From NCBI GenBank assembly GCA_045576695.1, contig JAZNGY010000075.1, positions 46,097 to 110,096 of the forward strand: DNA of 64,000 bases, read 5' to 3'. Positions 35,874-45,953 of the stretch are shown piece after piece. Every line of letters starts with the position of its first letter. The stretch's first letter is position 1. Source of the stretch: Akkermansia sp. (GTDB taxonomy: Bacteria; Verrucomicrobiota; Verrucomicrobiia; Verrucomicrobiales; Akkermansiaceae). The notes under the pieces were generated by a model that worked only from the letters and a program-made list of their open reading frames with translations, was not told where the DNA came from and did not search any database. A program made the translations under genes and the position numbers.

Positions 35874-36548
35874 ATGGACACTCCACAGATTTATTGCTCC
35901 CACACCGATATCGTTGCAACAGACTCCCTGATTGAGAATCCCCGCAACCCGAACCGCCACCCGGAAGACCAGATTATCGCTCTGGCAAAAATCATACGCC
36001 ACCAAGGCTGGCGCAATCCGATTGTCGTAAGCCGCCGCTCCGGCTTCGTGGTAAAAGGCCATGGCCGCTTGCTTGCTGCCAGAATGCTGGGACTCGACTC
36101 TGTACCTGTCGATTATCAGGAGTATGAGAACGAGGCAGCAGAGTGGGCCGACATGATCGCCGACAACAAGATTGCCGAACTCTCCAACATGGATGAGCAG
36201 ATGCTTAACACCCTCATGCAGGAATTGGAGGGGGAGATTGACTTGGCACTTACAGGCTTTGACGATGCAGCTATCAGCACGATGCTGGCTCAGGCAGAGG
36301 ATATCGAGGACATTCCTGAAGCTGTACCCTTGGATGCTGACAACGACATCACAGTCACCACCATGCCGTTCATTGCGTACGGAGCCAAGAAAGCCTACAT
36401 GCAGCCGGATGAAGTAGAACGCTTTGAGCGTATGCTGAAAAACTACAGCGCAGAACATGGCAACTACAACGGCCTTGTGCTGGAGCTTCTGGAGTACGGC
36501 GATTCTCGCTTCCGTAACACCACCACTCAGAACACCCATGAAAGCTGA
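35874..36548 (+). CDS. ParB/Srx N-terminal domain protein
   Basis: ENPRNPNRHP, GWRNPIVV, GHGRLLAA, IADNK. Confidence 0.85.
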   Translation: MDTPQIYCSHTDIVATDSLIENPRNPNRHPEDQIIALAKIIRHQGWRNPIVVSRRSGFVVKGHGRLLAARMLGLDSVPVDYQEYENEAAEWADMIADNKIAELSNMDEQMLNTLMQELEGEIDLALTGFDDAAISTMLAQAEDIEDIPEAVPLDADNDITVTTMPFIAYGAKKAYMQPDEVERFERMLKNYSAEHGNYNGLVLELLEYGDSRFRNTTTQNTHES

Positions 36549-37962
36549 AAACAGTAAGAAAGCGGAGTTCATACCCTCCTATCCGCTGTCGGCCTTAGCC
36601 CCGGCAGACTACAACCCTCGTAAGCTGGATGAGGACAAGTTCATCAAGCTGCAGGAGAGTCTGCGGAAGTTCGGCGTAATTAAGCCTGTCATTATCAATG
36701 GCGAGAACGGCATCTTGACTGCTGGTCACCAGCGCACCCGAGCCATGAAAGCCATAGGCATCACCCATTGCCCGGCTATCCGACTGCAAGACATCACACG
36801 CACCGATGAAATCCGATTCAACCTCTTCCACAACAGCATCGAAACCAACAAGACTCCGGTCACGCTGAATCTGGAGGGTAGCGAGCTGGAGCCTGAAACG
36901 TACTGCTACATCGAGCCTGAGCGCATCCAGTTCAAACGCAACAACAATGCGCTTATCATTAACGGCATGAGCGGGCTTATCATGCGCTATGGCAGCTGGG
37001 GCAGCGTTGTATGTTCCGAAGATGGGCGCGTGTTGCTCAACTCTGACTACGCTGTAGCTTGCAAACAGCTGCGCGTGTCCTGTCTCTGCTACATGATTCC
37101 CCAGGAACAGGAGGCCGAGATGCTTCGTTACCTGAGTCTCGACTACGGCCAATACTTCTACGATGCCCTGGGCGTGAAGTCCTACAACCAGCTGCATTGC
37201 CAGATGCACCGATTGCAGGGACGCAAGAAGCGACTCATCGTCTCCACCCTTTACGAGAACCACGTTATCCCCACGCTGAAAAAGACCGAGCGTACTGTAG
37301 ACTTCGGTGCCGGGCGATGTGCCTACGCCAAGATGCTTTCCGAGCGCGGTTACAACCTACTTGCCTACGAGCCCCACTTTCAGGACAAGGGCGTGCTGAA
37401 TGTCCGCGAAGTCGTGAAGCAAATCAATGGACTGCATGCCGACCTGAGTCGCAATGGCCTGTATGATGCCGTGGTGCTGGACAGCGTACTCAATTCCGTG
37501 GTGAACAGCCGCTTTGAACATGCCGTGTTGACTACCTGTAACGCGCTACTGAAGCAGGACGGCCGCATCTACATCGGTACTCGCTCGCTCAATTTTACCG
37601 AGCGTCTCAAGACGTTCAAGACCTACAACAGCCACGGCCGCGATATCCAGTTCCTCGATAAAGAAAACTTCGGCGCGACCTACCGCAGCGGCGTCTGGAC
37701 AATGCAGCACTTCCATACCCACGAAAGCCTCCGGGAGTTGCTGCTTCAATACTTCGAGAAAGTCGAGTTCTTCGGTTCTGACTCGCTACCCCAGCTCTAC
37801 GCCATAGCCTACCACCCGAAGAAGCTCAGCCGGGAGAAGATTGAGGAAGCCATCAACACCGAGTTCAACATGGAATACCCCGGTAACTACCGCCACAATA
37901 AGCATGAAAAGCTGACCGCTGAACTTATGCAAAGGATTGAAAGTGAACGTGGATTTATGTAA
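36538..37962 (+). CDS. ParB-like domain fused to class I SAM-dependent methyltransferase
   Basis: PADYNPRK, AGHQR; C-terminal VDFGAGR and LDSVLNSV. Confidence 0.8.
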   Translation: MKAENSKKAEFIPSYPLSALAPADYNPRKLDEDKFIKLQESLRKFGVIKPVIINGENGILTAGHQRTRAMKAIGITHCPAIRLQDITRTDEIRFNLFHNSIETNKTPVTLNLEGSELEPETYCYIEPERIQFKRNNNALIINGMSGLIMRYGSWGSVVCSEDGRVLLNSDYAVACKQLRVSCLCYMIPQEQEAEMLRYLSLDYGQYFYDALGVKSYNQLHCQMHRLQGRKKRLIVSTLYENHVIPTLKKTERTVDFGAGRCAYAKMLSERGYNLLAYEPHFQDKGVLNVREVVKQINGLHADLSRNGLYDAVVLDSVLNSVVNSRFEHAVLTTCNALLKQDGRIYIGTRSLNFTERLKTFKTYNSHGRDIQFLDKENFGATYRSGVWTMQHFHTHESLRELLLQYFEKVEFFGSDSLPQLYAIAYHPKKLSREKIEEAINTEFNMEYPGNYRHNKHEKLTAELMQRIESERGFM

Positions 37963-38013
37963 AAAGAGTTTGAAAATTGTCCGAGATTGTGCTATACTAG
38001 ACGCTGAACCAAT

Positions 38014-38433
38014 ATGATTATCATCCGAACAATTCAGGTATCAGGCCGCTTTTCCTATCTCTGGCTCAAACACGTTCACGGAGTGAACCTGCGTGAGCAT
38101 TGTGCGCATAGCCTTATCGGAGACTACAACGCCTCTATCCGGCCAAGCATACAGGAGCTGCACAATGTGCCATTGCCGGATGCCCCATACCATTACCTGT
38201 GCGGAGTGAGTTCACCCTACGTCTGGAGCCGGAACTTCCATCTGGCATTCCGGGAGAAAGAGGGTAGCATGCTGCGAGTCTCACGTCATGGTATTGAGAT
38301 TGAAATCGAGAACGCCGAGGAGATTCCATTCAGCGAAGAGGACATCGACCCGGCAGACCCGCACATCGGGCATAAGAGTTACCGAACCTGCCGCAACTGG
38401 CAATTTGCCCACAAGATAGCCAAGTGGCTGTAA
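38014..38433 (+). CDS. Hypothetical protein with own promoter
   Basis: TTGAAA-17-TATACT at 37970-37998; terminator downstream. Confidence 0.65.
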   Translation: MIIIRTIQVSGRFSYLWLKHVHGVNLREHCAHSLIGDYNASIRPSIQELHNVPLPDAPYHYLCGVSSPYVWSRNFHLAFREKEGSMLRVSRHGIEIEIENAEEIPFSEEDIDPADPHIGHKSYRTCRNWQFAHKIAKWL

Positions 38434-38437
38434 TTGA

Positions 38438-38480
38438 AAGAGGACGTATCCACCTGAGCAGATACGTCCTCTTCTTTTTG
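38438..38480. terminator. Bidirectional terminator
   Basis: aagaggacgtatc-N10-gatacgtcctctt between convergent genes. Confidence 0.8.
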
Positions 38481-38495
38481 TGTGGTAAAGTATTC

Positions 38496-38798
38496 TTACT
38501 TGGAAAGCTTGGCCACAGCGTCCTTCAGGTTCTTACCGACCTTGAACTTCACAACTGTGCGGGCGGGGATAGCCACGTCCTTGCCGGGGTCCTTGGGGTT
38601 GCGACCGACCTTAGCTTTCACCTCCTTGGGGCAGAACGTACCGAAGTTGCGGAACACCACAGTATCGCCGTTGCTGACAGCTTCCGTGATGGAATCCACC
38701 ATCTTCTGCACAACCTCCAGTACATCTGCCTGAGTGCAGCCGTTGTCCAGCTGAGCGCAGACCATATTCACGAGTTCTCTCTTGGTGATAGTAGCCAT
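38496..38798 (-). CDS. HU/IHF-family DNA-binding protein
   Basis: TKRELV...VVFRNFGTF...KVGRNPK...IPARTVVKFKVGKNLK. Confidence 0.93.
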   Translation of the reverse strand: MATITKRELVNMVCAQLDNGCTQADVLEVVQKMVDSITEAVSNGDTVVFRNFGTFCPKEVKAKVGRNPKDPGKDVAIPARTVVKFKVGKNLKDAVAKLSK

Positions 38799-38897
38799 AA
38801 GTGTAAAAGTTTGTGACGGTTATTATAGTTCGCTCTGCCGTCTCGGTCAAGCTCTTTCGGCTTAGATTGTGTCTGTTTTTGACACGCCCGCAAGGGT

Positions 38898-39083
38898 ATG
38901 TTCAAGTACATTTTCAATCGACTGAAGGAGCGCTCTACGTGGCTTGGCCTTATCGGCCTTGTAACCGCTTGCGGAGCTACCATTTCCGCAGAGCTTGCAG
39001 AGCAGATTATCGCAGCTGGCATCGCCATTGCCGGTGCTATCGGCATTGTAACCAAAGACAAGGAGGACAATACCAATGGCTGA
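38898..39083 (+). CDS. Holin
   Basis: RLKERSTWLGL, two TM helices; overlaps endolysin start. Confidence 0.7.
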   Translation: MFKYIFNRLKERSTWLGLIGLVTACGATISAELAEQIIAAGIAIAGAIGIVTKDKEDNTNG

Positions 39084-39663
39084 TACTCTGGCACAAGTGC
39101 AAAAGGACGTGCAGTTCTGGCAGCGCTTACTGACCTTTGCCGGATACAAGCCCGGCAAGATAGATGGCGTCAATGGCCGCAAGACCAAGGCTGCAACCCA
39201 TGAATGGCTCAACGATGCGGCCCACCTGAAAACGGAGTACGGCAGCTTCGATGACCGCTCCGAGCGCAACATAGCCACGCTTACCCCGGAAGCGCAGCGA
39301 GCCGCCCGCATCTGGCTCAAAGCAGCCAAGGCTGTAGCTGAAGCCGAGGGGTACGATGTCCGCATCATCTGCGGTACTCGCACCTACAAGGAACAGGACG
39401 CCCTCTATCGTAAGCGCCCGCGCGTCACCAAAGCCCGTGGTGGCCAGAGCATGCACAACTTCGGCATTGCTTGGGACATCGGCATCTTCAAGGGTAAGGA
39501 ATACTTCGGTGACCATCCCCTGTATGCAAAAGTAGGCAAGCTCTACACTCAGATTCCGGGCATTACCTGGGGTGGAACGTGGACGAGTTTTGTTGACCAG
39601 CCCCATTACCAGCTCAGCCTGTACGCCACCAGTACATCAGCCCGAACCGAGTTTGAGAAATGA
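39076..39663 (+). CDS. Endolysin, M15 peptidase with short N-terminal PG-binding-like segment
   Basis: RTYKEQDALY, SMHNFGIAWDI, WGGTW...DQPHYQ. Confidence 0.88.
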   Translation: MADTLAQVQKDVQFWQRLLTFAGYKPGKIDGVNGRKTKAATHEWLNDAAHLKTEYGSFDDRSERNIATLTPEAQRAARIWLKAAKAVAEAEGYDVRIICGTRTYKEQDALYRKRPRVTKARGGQSMHNFGIAWDIGIFKGKEYFGDHPLYAKVGKLYTQIPGITWGGTWTSFVDQPHYQLSLYATSTSARTEFEK

Positions 39664-39926
39664 GTGCAAAAGGACTCTTCATCAAAGGCTTCACCGAGCA
39701 GGAAGTAAAGCAGATACAGGCCAATGCCAAGAAGCTGCTCATGGAGGGTAAGACCATCATGAGCTGGAATGATGGCAGCACGTCTGTTTCCAAGCAATTC
39801 ACCATGCCCATCACCGACATCTTGGAGGAATGCGCCTACGCTCTGACTCACTTCGAGCGCCAAGCCGATGACGAGTCCCATGCCTCCAGCTCATTATCCC
39901 ACGCCCCCTACCGCTTCCCCTTATGA
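39660..39926 (+). CDS. Head-tail joining protein (gpW-like position)
   Basis: Immediately before the portal, as in lambda gene order. Confidence 0.5.
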   Translation: MSAKGLFIKGFTEQEVKQIQANAKKLLMEGKTIMSWNDGSTSVSKQFTMPITDILEECAYALTHFERQADDESHASSSLSHAPYRFPL

Positions 39927-41314
39927 ACTTCATCCAACGACTTGCAGCTCGTGTATTCTTTGGCACCACCTCAGTCTTTGAGGGGGCTAATCGTTCGCCG
40001 CGCCGGGCAAGCGTGCCGGGCAGCGCTCCGCAGGATGCAACGCTCGACCTTTCCCCCGGTATCCGCTCCGAGCTGGTACGCCGCAGCCGCTACCTCGTAA
40101 AGAACAGCGGGTTCCTGCGCGAGATTGTAGGCAGCATGGCTCTGTACTCCATCGGAGACGGCATTCTGCCGCAGCCTGCATCCAAGGATGCCGCTTGGAA
40201 CGAGAAAGCCTTGGACTACTTCACCCGCTGGGCAAGGCATGCCGACATCTCCGGCCGTTTCAACCTGATACAATGCGAACACCTTGCCTGTAAGGCCTTG
40301 GACGTGGATGGGGAAATCTTCATCCTCAAAACGCTGGAAAACGGCGAGCCTAAGATACAGCTCATCGAAAGCCATCGCATCGGCTCAACCGACATCGACA
40401 ACTCCGAGTCTCCTTTCATTGATGGTGTAAAGCTTTCCGGCGTAGGCAAGCCCGTAGCCTATCGCTTGCTCAAGGACGATGGCGGCTTTACGGATCTGGC
40501 AGCTCACGATGTCCTGCACATCTTCGACCCGGATGCCGTTTCCCAGCTACGCGGATTCCCCACCTTGCAGCACAGTATCAACCACATGCTGGATGTCATG
40601 GAGCTGCTGGCCTTGGAGAAGCATGCTGTAAAGGACAACGCCGATGTGGCTCGCGTCCTCAAGACCAACAAGGTGAATGTGGATGACCGCGACTTCCGCA
40701 TTGATACGCCACGCACGCCCAGCGGCAGCGATGCCGGCTTCCTACAGACCATCCTCGGCGGCAAGCTGGTAAAGCTTCAACCGGATGAAGCTCTGGAGAG
40801 TTTTCAGAGCAACAGGCCCAGCCCCACGTTCCAAGGCTTCCTCGATTACCTGCAACGCGACAGCGCATTGGGCTTGTTACCTTACGAGTTCTCCAGCGAT
40901 TCTTCCAAAGTGGGAGGAGCCGGAGTTCGTCTTATTGTTGCGAAAGCCGACCGCCGTTTCAGTTACCGACAGAATGTGCTCATCGACCGGATGCTTCGCC
41001 CGATATGGCTCTTTGTCATCGGGCATGCCATCTCGGCGGGCAAACTGCCACCCGCAGAAAACTGGACGGAGGTCGATTTCGTGACTCCCCGCAGAGTCAC
41101 AGTCGATGCCGGGCGTGAAAGCCAGCAGAATCGCGAGGATATCAAGGCGGGGTTGAAAACGCTTACCGACCACTTTGCCGAGCTGGGCTGTGACATCAAC
41201 CATGAGCTGGAGACACGAGCCCGGGAGATGGCACTTATCCGAGAAACCGCAGCCAAGTATGGCCTCGCTCCGCAGGACTTATTTCAATCCTTTACACAAT
41301 CCTCACCGCAATGA
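39923..41314 (+). CDS. Portal protein, lambda family
   Basis: RSRYLVKN, VDGEIF, RGFP...; 463 aa. Confidence 0.9.
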   Translation: MNFIQRLAARVFFGTTSVFEGANRSPRRASVPGSAPQDATLDLSPGIRSELVRRSRYLVKNSGFLREIVGSMALYSIGDGILPQPASKDAAWNEKALDYFTRWARHADISGRFNLIQCEHLACKALDVDGEIFILKTLENGEPKIQLIESHRIGSTDIDNSESPFIDGVKLSGVGKPVAYRLLKDDGGFTDLAAHDVLHIFDPDAVSQLRGFPTLQHSINHMLDVMELLALEKHAVKDNADVARVLKTNKVNVDDRDFRIDTPRTPSGSDAGFLQTILGGKLVKLQPDEALESFQSNRPSPTFQGFLDYLQRDSALGLLPYEFSSDSSKVGGAGVRLIVAKADRRFSYRQNVLIDRMLRPIWLFVIGHAISAGKLPPAENWTEVDFVTPRRVTVDAGRESQQNREDIKAGLKTLTDHFAELGCDINHELETRAREMALIRETAAKYGLAPQDLFQSFTQSSPQ

Positions 41315-42126
41315 ACATCGTAACCGCATCCCCCACGCAGCCCTGGCTGATTACGCTGGAAGCCTACCGGAATCTCGCTGCCGCCCTCGGCACGGCTCTT
41401 CCTGTTCAGACAGGCAAAGAAGAAGCTCCTACCGCGCCCTATGCAGCCAAGAACGGAGTTGCCGTAATCCCGATTCACGGAACCATGATGCGTCAGGTTC
41501 GCCCTCAGTTGAAAGCTAGGGCTGAAGTCTGGGGCATTCGTCTGTGTGATATGCAGCAGACCTCGGACACACTACGCCAAGCTGCCGCCGATGATACCAT
41601 CCACACAGTTATCCTCGACATAGATTCCCCAGGCGGTACAGTCAACGGAACGCCGGAGCTGGCTCATGCCGTAGCCACCTTATCCGATAGCAAGCATGTG
41701 TACGCTTTCACCTCCGGGCAATGTTGCTCCGCTGCCTACTGGATTGCCAGTCAGACAGATGGCATCTACGCCAGCCCATCTGCCATCGTTGGCTCCATCG
41801 GCGTGATACTTCCCATTCTGGATGCTACCGCCCGCTACGAAAAGGAGGGCTTTAAGGTGGAAGTGTTCTCTGCGGGTAAATACAAGAGCACCGGGGTCGA
41901 GGGCACCAGCCTCACCGATGAGCAGAGAGCACGCCTTACCCAGCAGGTGCATGCGACTTGGGAGACATTCAAGCAAGCTGTTACCCGCCGCCGCAACATT
42001 GATGCTGCCGACATGGAAGGACAGACTTTTTACGGATCAGAAGCGCGGGAGCATTCATTGGTGGATGCTCTTGCCTACAACCTTGATTCCCTACAGGCGA
42101 AGCTCGCCATACGCCACCAATTTTGA
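41311..42126 (+). CDS. Head maturation protease, S49 family
   Basis: LDIDSPGG, CSAAYWIAS, VGSIGV, GKYKS. Confidence 0.92.
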   Translation: MNIVTASPTQPWLITLEAYRNLAAALGTALPVQTGKEEAPTAPYAAKNGVAVIPIHGTMMRQVRPQLKARAEVWGIRLCDMQQTSDTLRQAAADDTIHTVILDIDSPGGTVNGTPELAHAVATLSDSKHVYAFTSGQCCSAAYWIASQTDGIYASPSAIVGSIGVILPILDATARYEKEGFKVEVFSAGKYKSTGVEGTSLTDEQRARLTQQVHATWETFKQAVTRRRNIDAADMEGQTFYGSEAREHSLVDALAYNLDSLQAKLAIRHQF

Positions 42127-42142
42127 CACCCACCACACTAAT

Positions 42143-42547
42143 ATGGACACAATAGACGAACAACTCGATGCTGCCAATGCACAGGTGGCTGAGCTTACCG
42201 CCCAGCTGACTGCGCTGCAGCAGGAAAATGCCACACTACAGGCCGCCAACGAGGAACTGACCGAGAACCTGACTCATACCCGCGAACAGCTTGCAGGGAT
42301 GGAGGGCGCTCACCGCCAGGCACTCGAAGATGTACAGCGACTCAAAGCCGAAGCCAAGACCGCCGAGGAACGAGCTGCCGAGTATTACGGAGCAGCTGCC
42401 GCCCCTCAGCAGGTAACGACTAAGGGTGACCCTGATGCCGTATCGCTTCACGAGCGCTTTGCTGCCATCAAGACTCCCGGTGAGCAGACTGTATTCCTGC
42501 GCTCTCTGACTGATGCTCAGCGTGCCGAACTTTACTCCAACATCTAA
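42143..42547 (+). CDS. Scaffold-like coiled-coil protein
   Basis: Coiled coil between protease and capsid genes. Confidence 0.55.
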   Translation: MDTIDEQLDAANAQVAELTAQLTALQQENATLQAANEELTENLTHTREQLAGMEGAHRQALEDVQRLKAEAKTAEERAAEYYGAAAAPQQVTTKGDPDAVSLHERFAAIKTPGEQTVFLRSLTDAQRAELYSNI

Positions 42548-42567
42548 CCCCACACTCATACACGATT

Positions 42568-43461
42568 ATGGCTAATACACTCACAGACCTCAAAGACGTA
42601 CGTATCGCACAGGCGGCACTCCTGCCGTGGATGACCGAGTTGATGCCCCTGAGTATCTTCTCTACCAACTTCGGTCCCGATTCTGCCGACAAGGGCGATA
42701 CTGTAAAAGTCCCCATCGTTGGCGCTCCCTCGCCGTCCTCGGACTTTGCCGGTGACTATACCGCCAACGCTGACAGTCAGGCCAGCTCCATTCCGATTGT
42801 GCTCAATAAGCACAAGTTCAAGACTGTACACATGACTGCCAAGGAAGCTGCCACTACGGCAGTACCCCTCCTTGAAAAGCTCGTATCTACAGCCGCACAG
42901 CAGCTGGCTATTGATGTTCTGACCGACATCTTCAGCTGCGTTACCAAGTCCAACTTCGCCGCCGCTCTGGAGGGCGTTTCTGCGGATGAGTTCGACTACA
43001 AGGCTATTCTGGGCATCCGCGAAGCCTGCAACCTTGCCAAGATGCCTAAAGGCCAGCGTTCCCTTGTGCTCAATACCAGCCTCAATACCGCATTGCTTGC
43101 AGACGATATCGTCTCTCGCAGCTTCATTACCAATCTGGCTCAGCCCGGTGTCGTGGAAGCTCGCGTGAATCGAATCGCCGGGTTCAATGTGCATGAGACG
43201 GACTGCGTACCGAGCAACAACGAGAATCTGGCTGGTTTCGTAGCACATCCCTCTGCCGTTGCCGTAGCCATGCGCTACCTCCAGCCCATCGCCAACTACG
43301 ATGAAGCCGGGGCTGTTACGGATCCTGTAACCGGGTTGACCTTCGGCTACCTCCGCTATACGGACACCACTTCCAACAAGGTGTATATCACCCTTGAGGC
43401 TCTGTATGGTTACAAGGTTATCCGACCGGAAGCCCTGAAGCGCATTACCACCGCAGCCTGA
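42568..43461 (+). CDS. Major capsid protein
   Basis: Position, size and C-terminal LEALYGYKVIRPE (HK97-fold type). Confidence 0.8.
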   Translation: MANTLTDLKDVRIAQAALLPWMTELMPLSIFSTNFGPDSADKGDTVKVPIVGAPSPSSDFAGDYTANADSQASSIPIVLNKHKFKTVHMTAKEAATTAVPLLEKLVSTAAQQLAIDVLTDIFSCVTKSNFAAALEGVSADEFDYKAILGIREACNLAKMPKGQRSLVLNTSLNTALLADDIVSRSFITNLAQPGVVEARVNRIAGFNVHETDCVPSNNENLAGFVAHPSAVAVAMRYLQPIANYDEAGAVTDPVTGLTFGYLRYTDTTSNKVYITLEALYGYKVIRPEALKRITTAA

Positions 43462-43474
43462 GCCGATTAACACC

Positions 43475-43777
43475 ATGAGCCTCGCCGATGAAATGATTGC
43501 GGACTTTGCCGAAATCCACGCGGATTTACCATCCTACGTGGTCATTGGCGGGGCTCATATTCCGGCTTTAGTCAGTCAGGGCAGTACAGCGGAGGAGCTT
43601 GACTTAGGTGGCTTTGCCAATCAGGACTCCTTGACGATTAAGGCTAGGAAAGCCGACTGGCCAGCTGATGTAAAGGTCGGCGATATCCTCAGCTATGACC
43701 GCAGGAACTACCGCATTAACAGCATCAGCATCAAAACTTCCATTCCCCTGATTGAAATCCAATGTCTGCAAAGGTAA
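43475..43777 (+). CDS. Head-tail adaptor (FII-like)
   Basis: VKVGDILSYDRRNYRI; synteny. Confidence 0.6.
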   Translation: MSLADEMIADFAEIHADLPSYVVIGGAHIPALVSQGSTAEELDLGGFANQDSLTIKARKADWPADVKVGDILSYDRRNYRINSISIKTSIPLIEIQCLQR

Positions 43778-44316
43778 TCATCAATTCATCTTCCTTGGAC
43801 AAGAAGCTCGCCAAGATGGCTATCCTCGGGCAGAAAGGTATGGAGGAGGCTATACGAGACGGAGCCAAGCGATTTGTTTCAAACGCAATCCGTAACACCA
43901 TGCCCATGATTCTGACAAGCTCGCCCGGCACAGCTAAGACCAACTGGACAAATCGCGTGACGCATCACTACAACACGCACCGCATCACCAAGAAAGGATG
44001 GCGAAAGGATGCTGAACTTCGCAAGTTGCTTGCAGCCAAGAAGAAAAAGCTGGGCCGTGAAGCCGCTGGCTGGAATGCCGCCGCTCAGGAACTCAAGGCA
44101 ACCCGCATCCCTGCATGGGTGAAGCGACATGGTGGAGCTGAGGGTCGCTGTGTTATCCGACACCGAGGCCACTTCATTACCATCTCCGTCACGAACTCTG
44201 TTCCCTATAACGAGGACATGACCATGAGGCGTGCGGCTTTCGCCCTGCACAAAACTGAACGAGGCTTCGAGGGCAACCTCCGAGCCCTGAAACGTAAGAT
44301 TATCCGGGAAGTATAA
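43762..44316 (+). CDS. Neck / tail completion protein
   Basis: Basic protein at the lambda Z position. Confidence 0.5.
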   Translation: MSAKVIINSSSLDKKLAKMAILGQKGMEEAIRDGAKRFVSNAIRNTMPMILTSSPGTAKTNWTNRVTHHYNTHRITKKGWRKDAELRKLLAAKKKKLGREAAGWNAAAQELKATRIPAWVKRHGGAEGRCVIRHRGHFITISVTNSVPYNEDMTMRRAAFALHKTERGFEGNLRALKRKIIREV

Positions 44317-44717
44317 TGAACCCACACTCATTTTCAGAAACGCTGCGACAGGTTCTTGCTGAACGCCATCCTGAGCTTCAGCTGTATCTCCCGGTTGAGG
44401 ATGGCGAGCGTCTCTATCCCTACGTCCTTGTGACTGTAACGGCTGATGAGGAAATCATACTCATGAATCATACATGGGAATGCAGCTTGGAGATTCAGTT
44501 TCACAGCAACGCTTACGAGCTTGCCGGAGTGAGTTCCCGGCGTTATTTCTCGCAACTCTGCGCGGAGATGGAAAAGCCTGAGCTTCGCCTCTTGCTCAAT
44601 GACATAGCTCCAGACTTCTACCTTTACCGCATCGCTCTGCTTGCTGTGGATGAACCGCAGGTGCAGGACGAGTCATTTATTCAATCTGCCCGATACCGGG
44701 TTACTATCCAATTTTGA
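44316..44717 (+). CDS. Tail terminator-like protein
   Basis: Synteny (lambda U position); YPYVLV motif. Confidence 0.5.
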   Translation: MNPHSFSETLRQVLAERHPELQLYLPVEDGERLYPYVLVTVTADEEIILMNHTWECSLEIQFHSNAYELAGVSSRRYFSQLCAEMEKPELRLLLNDIAPDFYLYRIALLAVDEPQVQDESFIQSARYRVTIQF

Positions 44718-44732
44718 CACCCACACAAAGAT

Positions 44733-45095
44733 ATGGCTACTATTATCGGAACAGTTGGCGTATTCGGTTTTGATGAAGACCAGCAAGGCATCCTGCTGGA
44801 GTCTCAGGATATCGACTACAAGCCTGACAGCAAAGTACAGCGTGACTATCGCGGCAAGAAGGTCGGCATTATCTTTTACGATGACCAGACCGATGTTTCC
44901 ATGAAAGGCTACATTCCTCGCGATAACCCCACGGATATTAAGGTTGCTCAGACTCTGGTGCTGGCTAATACCGCACCTGACCATGGGCTGACCTCCGTCT
45001 CTACCGGCACCAATGTGGTGACCGGGATTAAGATTGGTTTGAAAAATGAAGACCTTGCATCGTTCGAGGTTACTTCCACCATCTACGACTTCTGA
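44733..45095 (+). CDS. Putative major tail tube protein
   Basis: Synteny; beta-rich 120 aa. Confidence 0.5.
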   Translation: MATIIGTVGVFGFDEDQQGILLESQDIDYKPDSKVQRDYRGKKVGIIFYDDQTDVSMKGYIPRDNPTDIKVAQTLVLANTAPDHGLTSVSTGTNVVTGIKIGLKNEDLASFEVTSTIYDF

Positions 45096-45529
45096 TGCTG
45101 AAGAAACCCTCAACTGATGCGTTGAACTTCATCCGCTCGCGTGATGGAGAACTCGAATCCCTGATGCTGGCAGCATGCCTGACAGCCTTGGGGATTCCGT
45201 TCTCTGAGCGTCCGGCTTTTACTGTCTCCGGCGATGCGGAGCCTGTAGTAAACTGGCTCTTTGACGAGCAATCACTTGATGGCAAATTCAAAGCTTCCGA
45301 GATGATTGCCAAGTGGCAGGATAAAGGCTGGATTACACGCACCGACAATGACCACCCGCTTGCCTACATGGCCGCAGCTATGCGCAACCTCTGCACGCTC
45401 ATTAACCACCATATCGGCCAAGCCCCCAGGGTGGAGCTGGTGAAGCGTGGCAACAAGACCCTCGTTATCCCCGAGGGGACACCTGAGTCCCAGCTGGGGA
45501 TTCTTATCAACAAGTTCACTCATTCTTAA
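45095..45529 (+). CDS. Hypothetical tail-region protein
   Basis: Translationally coupled ORF. Confidence 0.6.
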   Translation: MLKKPSTDALNFIRSRDGELESLMLAACLTALGIPFSERPAFTVSGDAEPVVNWLFDEQSLDGKFKASEMIAKWQDKGWITRTDNDHPLAYMAAAMRNLCTLINHHIGQAPRVELVKRGNKTLVIPEGTPESQLGILINKFTHS

Positions 45530-45533
45530 TCAC

Positions 45534-45953
45534 ATGCCTACAATCTCTATTTCCACCCGCGAAGACGAAAACAATCGTTCCATGGTACAGCCCTCGACTC
45601 GCACAGAGTCCGGGCTTTCTCTGCGTCCTATCTCCCTCGGTTCGCTTGAAATCCTGCGCCAGCTGGGCAACCCGCTGGCTTCCGGCGATGCCGATATGAG
45701 CAACATCGACACCCATACGCTTACCGAGTTTATCTGGGTTCACGCTGCGCCGCTTGATGAAGTTGTGGAGACTGTCTACAATGCTCCCGGTCAGGTGAAT
45801 CGTAAAGCTGCACTCTTTGCCATGAATATCAGCCCGGCTGAGTTGCGTACCATCACCTCGTCCTTGTCTGCGGATCAGGCTGCGGTACAAGCTGCATCCG
45901 CTATCCCTCAGCCGGAAGAACATGACTCCCCAAACGAGCTTGCCCCGCGCTGA
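45534..45953 (+). CDS. Tail assembly chaperone (G-like)
   Basis: Precedes the TMP; in-frame slippery C CCA AAC near the 3' end. Confidence 0.7.
   Translation: MPTISISTREDENNRSMVQPSTRTESGLSLRPISLGSLEILRQLGNPLASGDADMSNIDTHTLTEFIWVHAAPLDEVVETVYNAPGQVNRKAALFAMNISPAELRTITSSLSADQAAVQAASAIPQPEEHDSPNELAPR

Noticed and set aside
35811-36572. 416-aa minus-strand ORF 35322-36572 as one protein
   Set aside because: The 5' part overlaps the ParB gene on the opposite strand; only the part from MAEYYY (35795) looks like a real protein.
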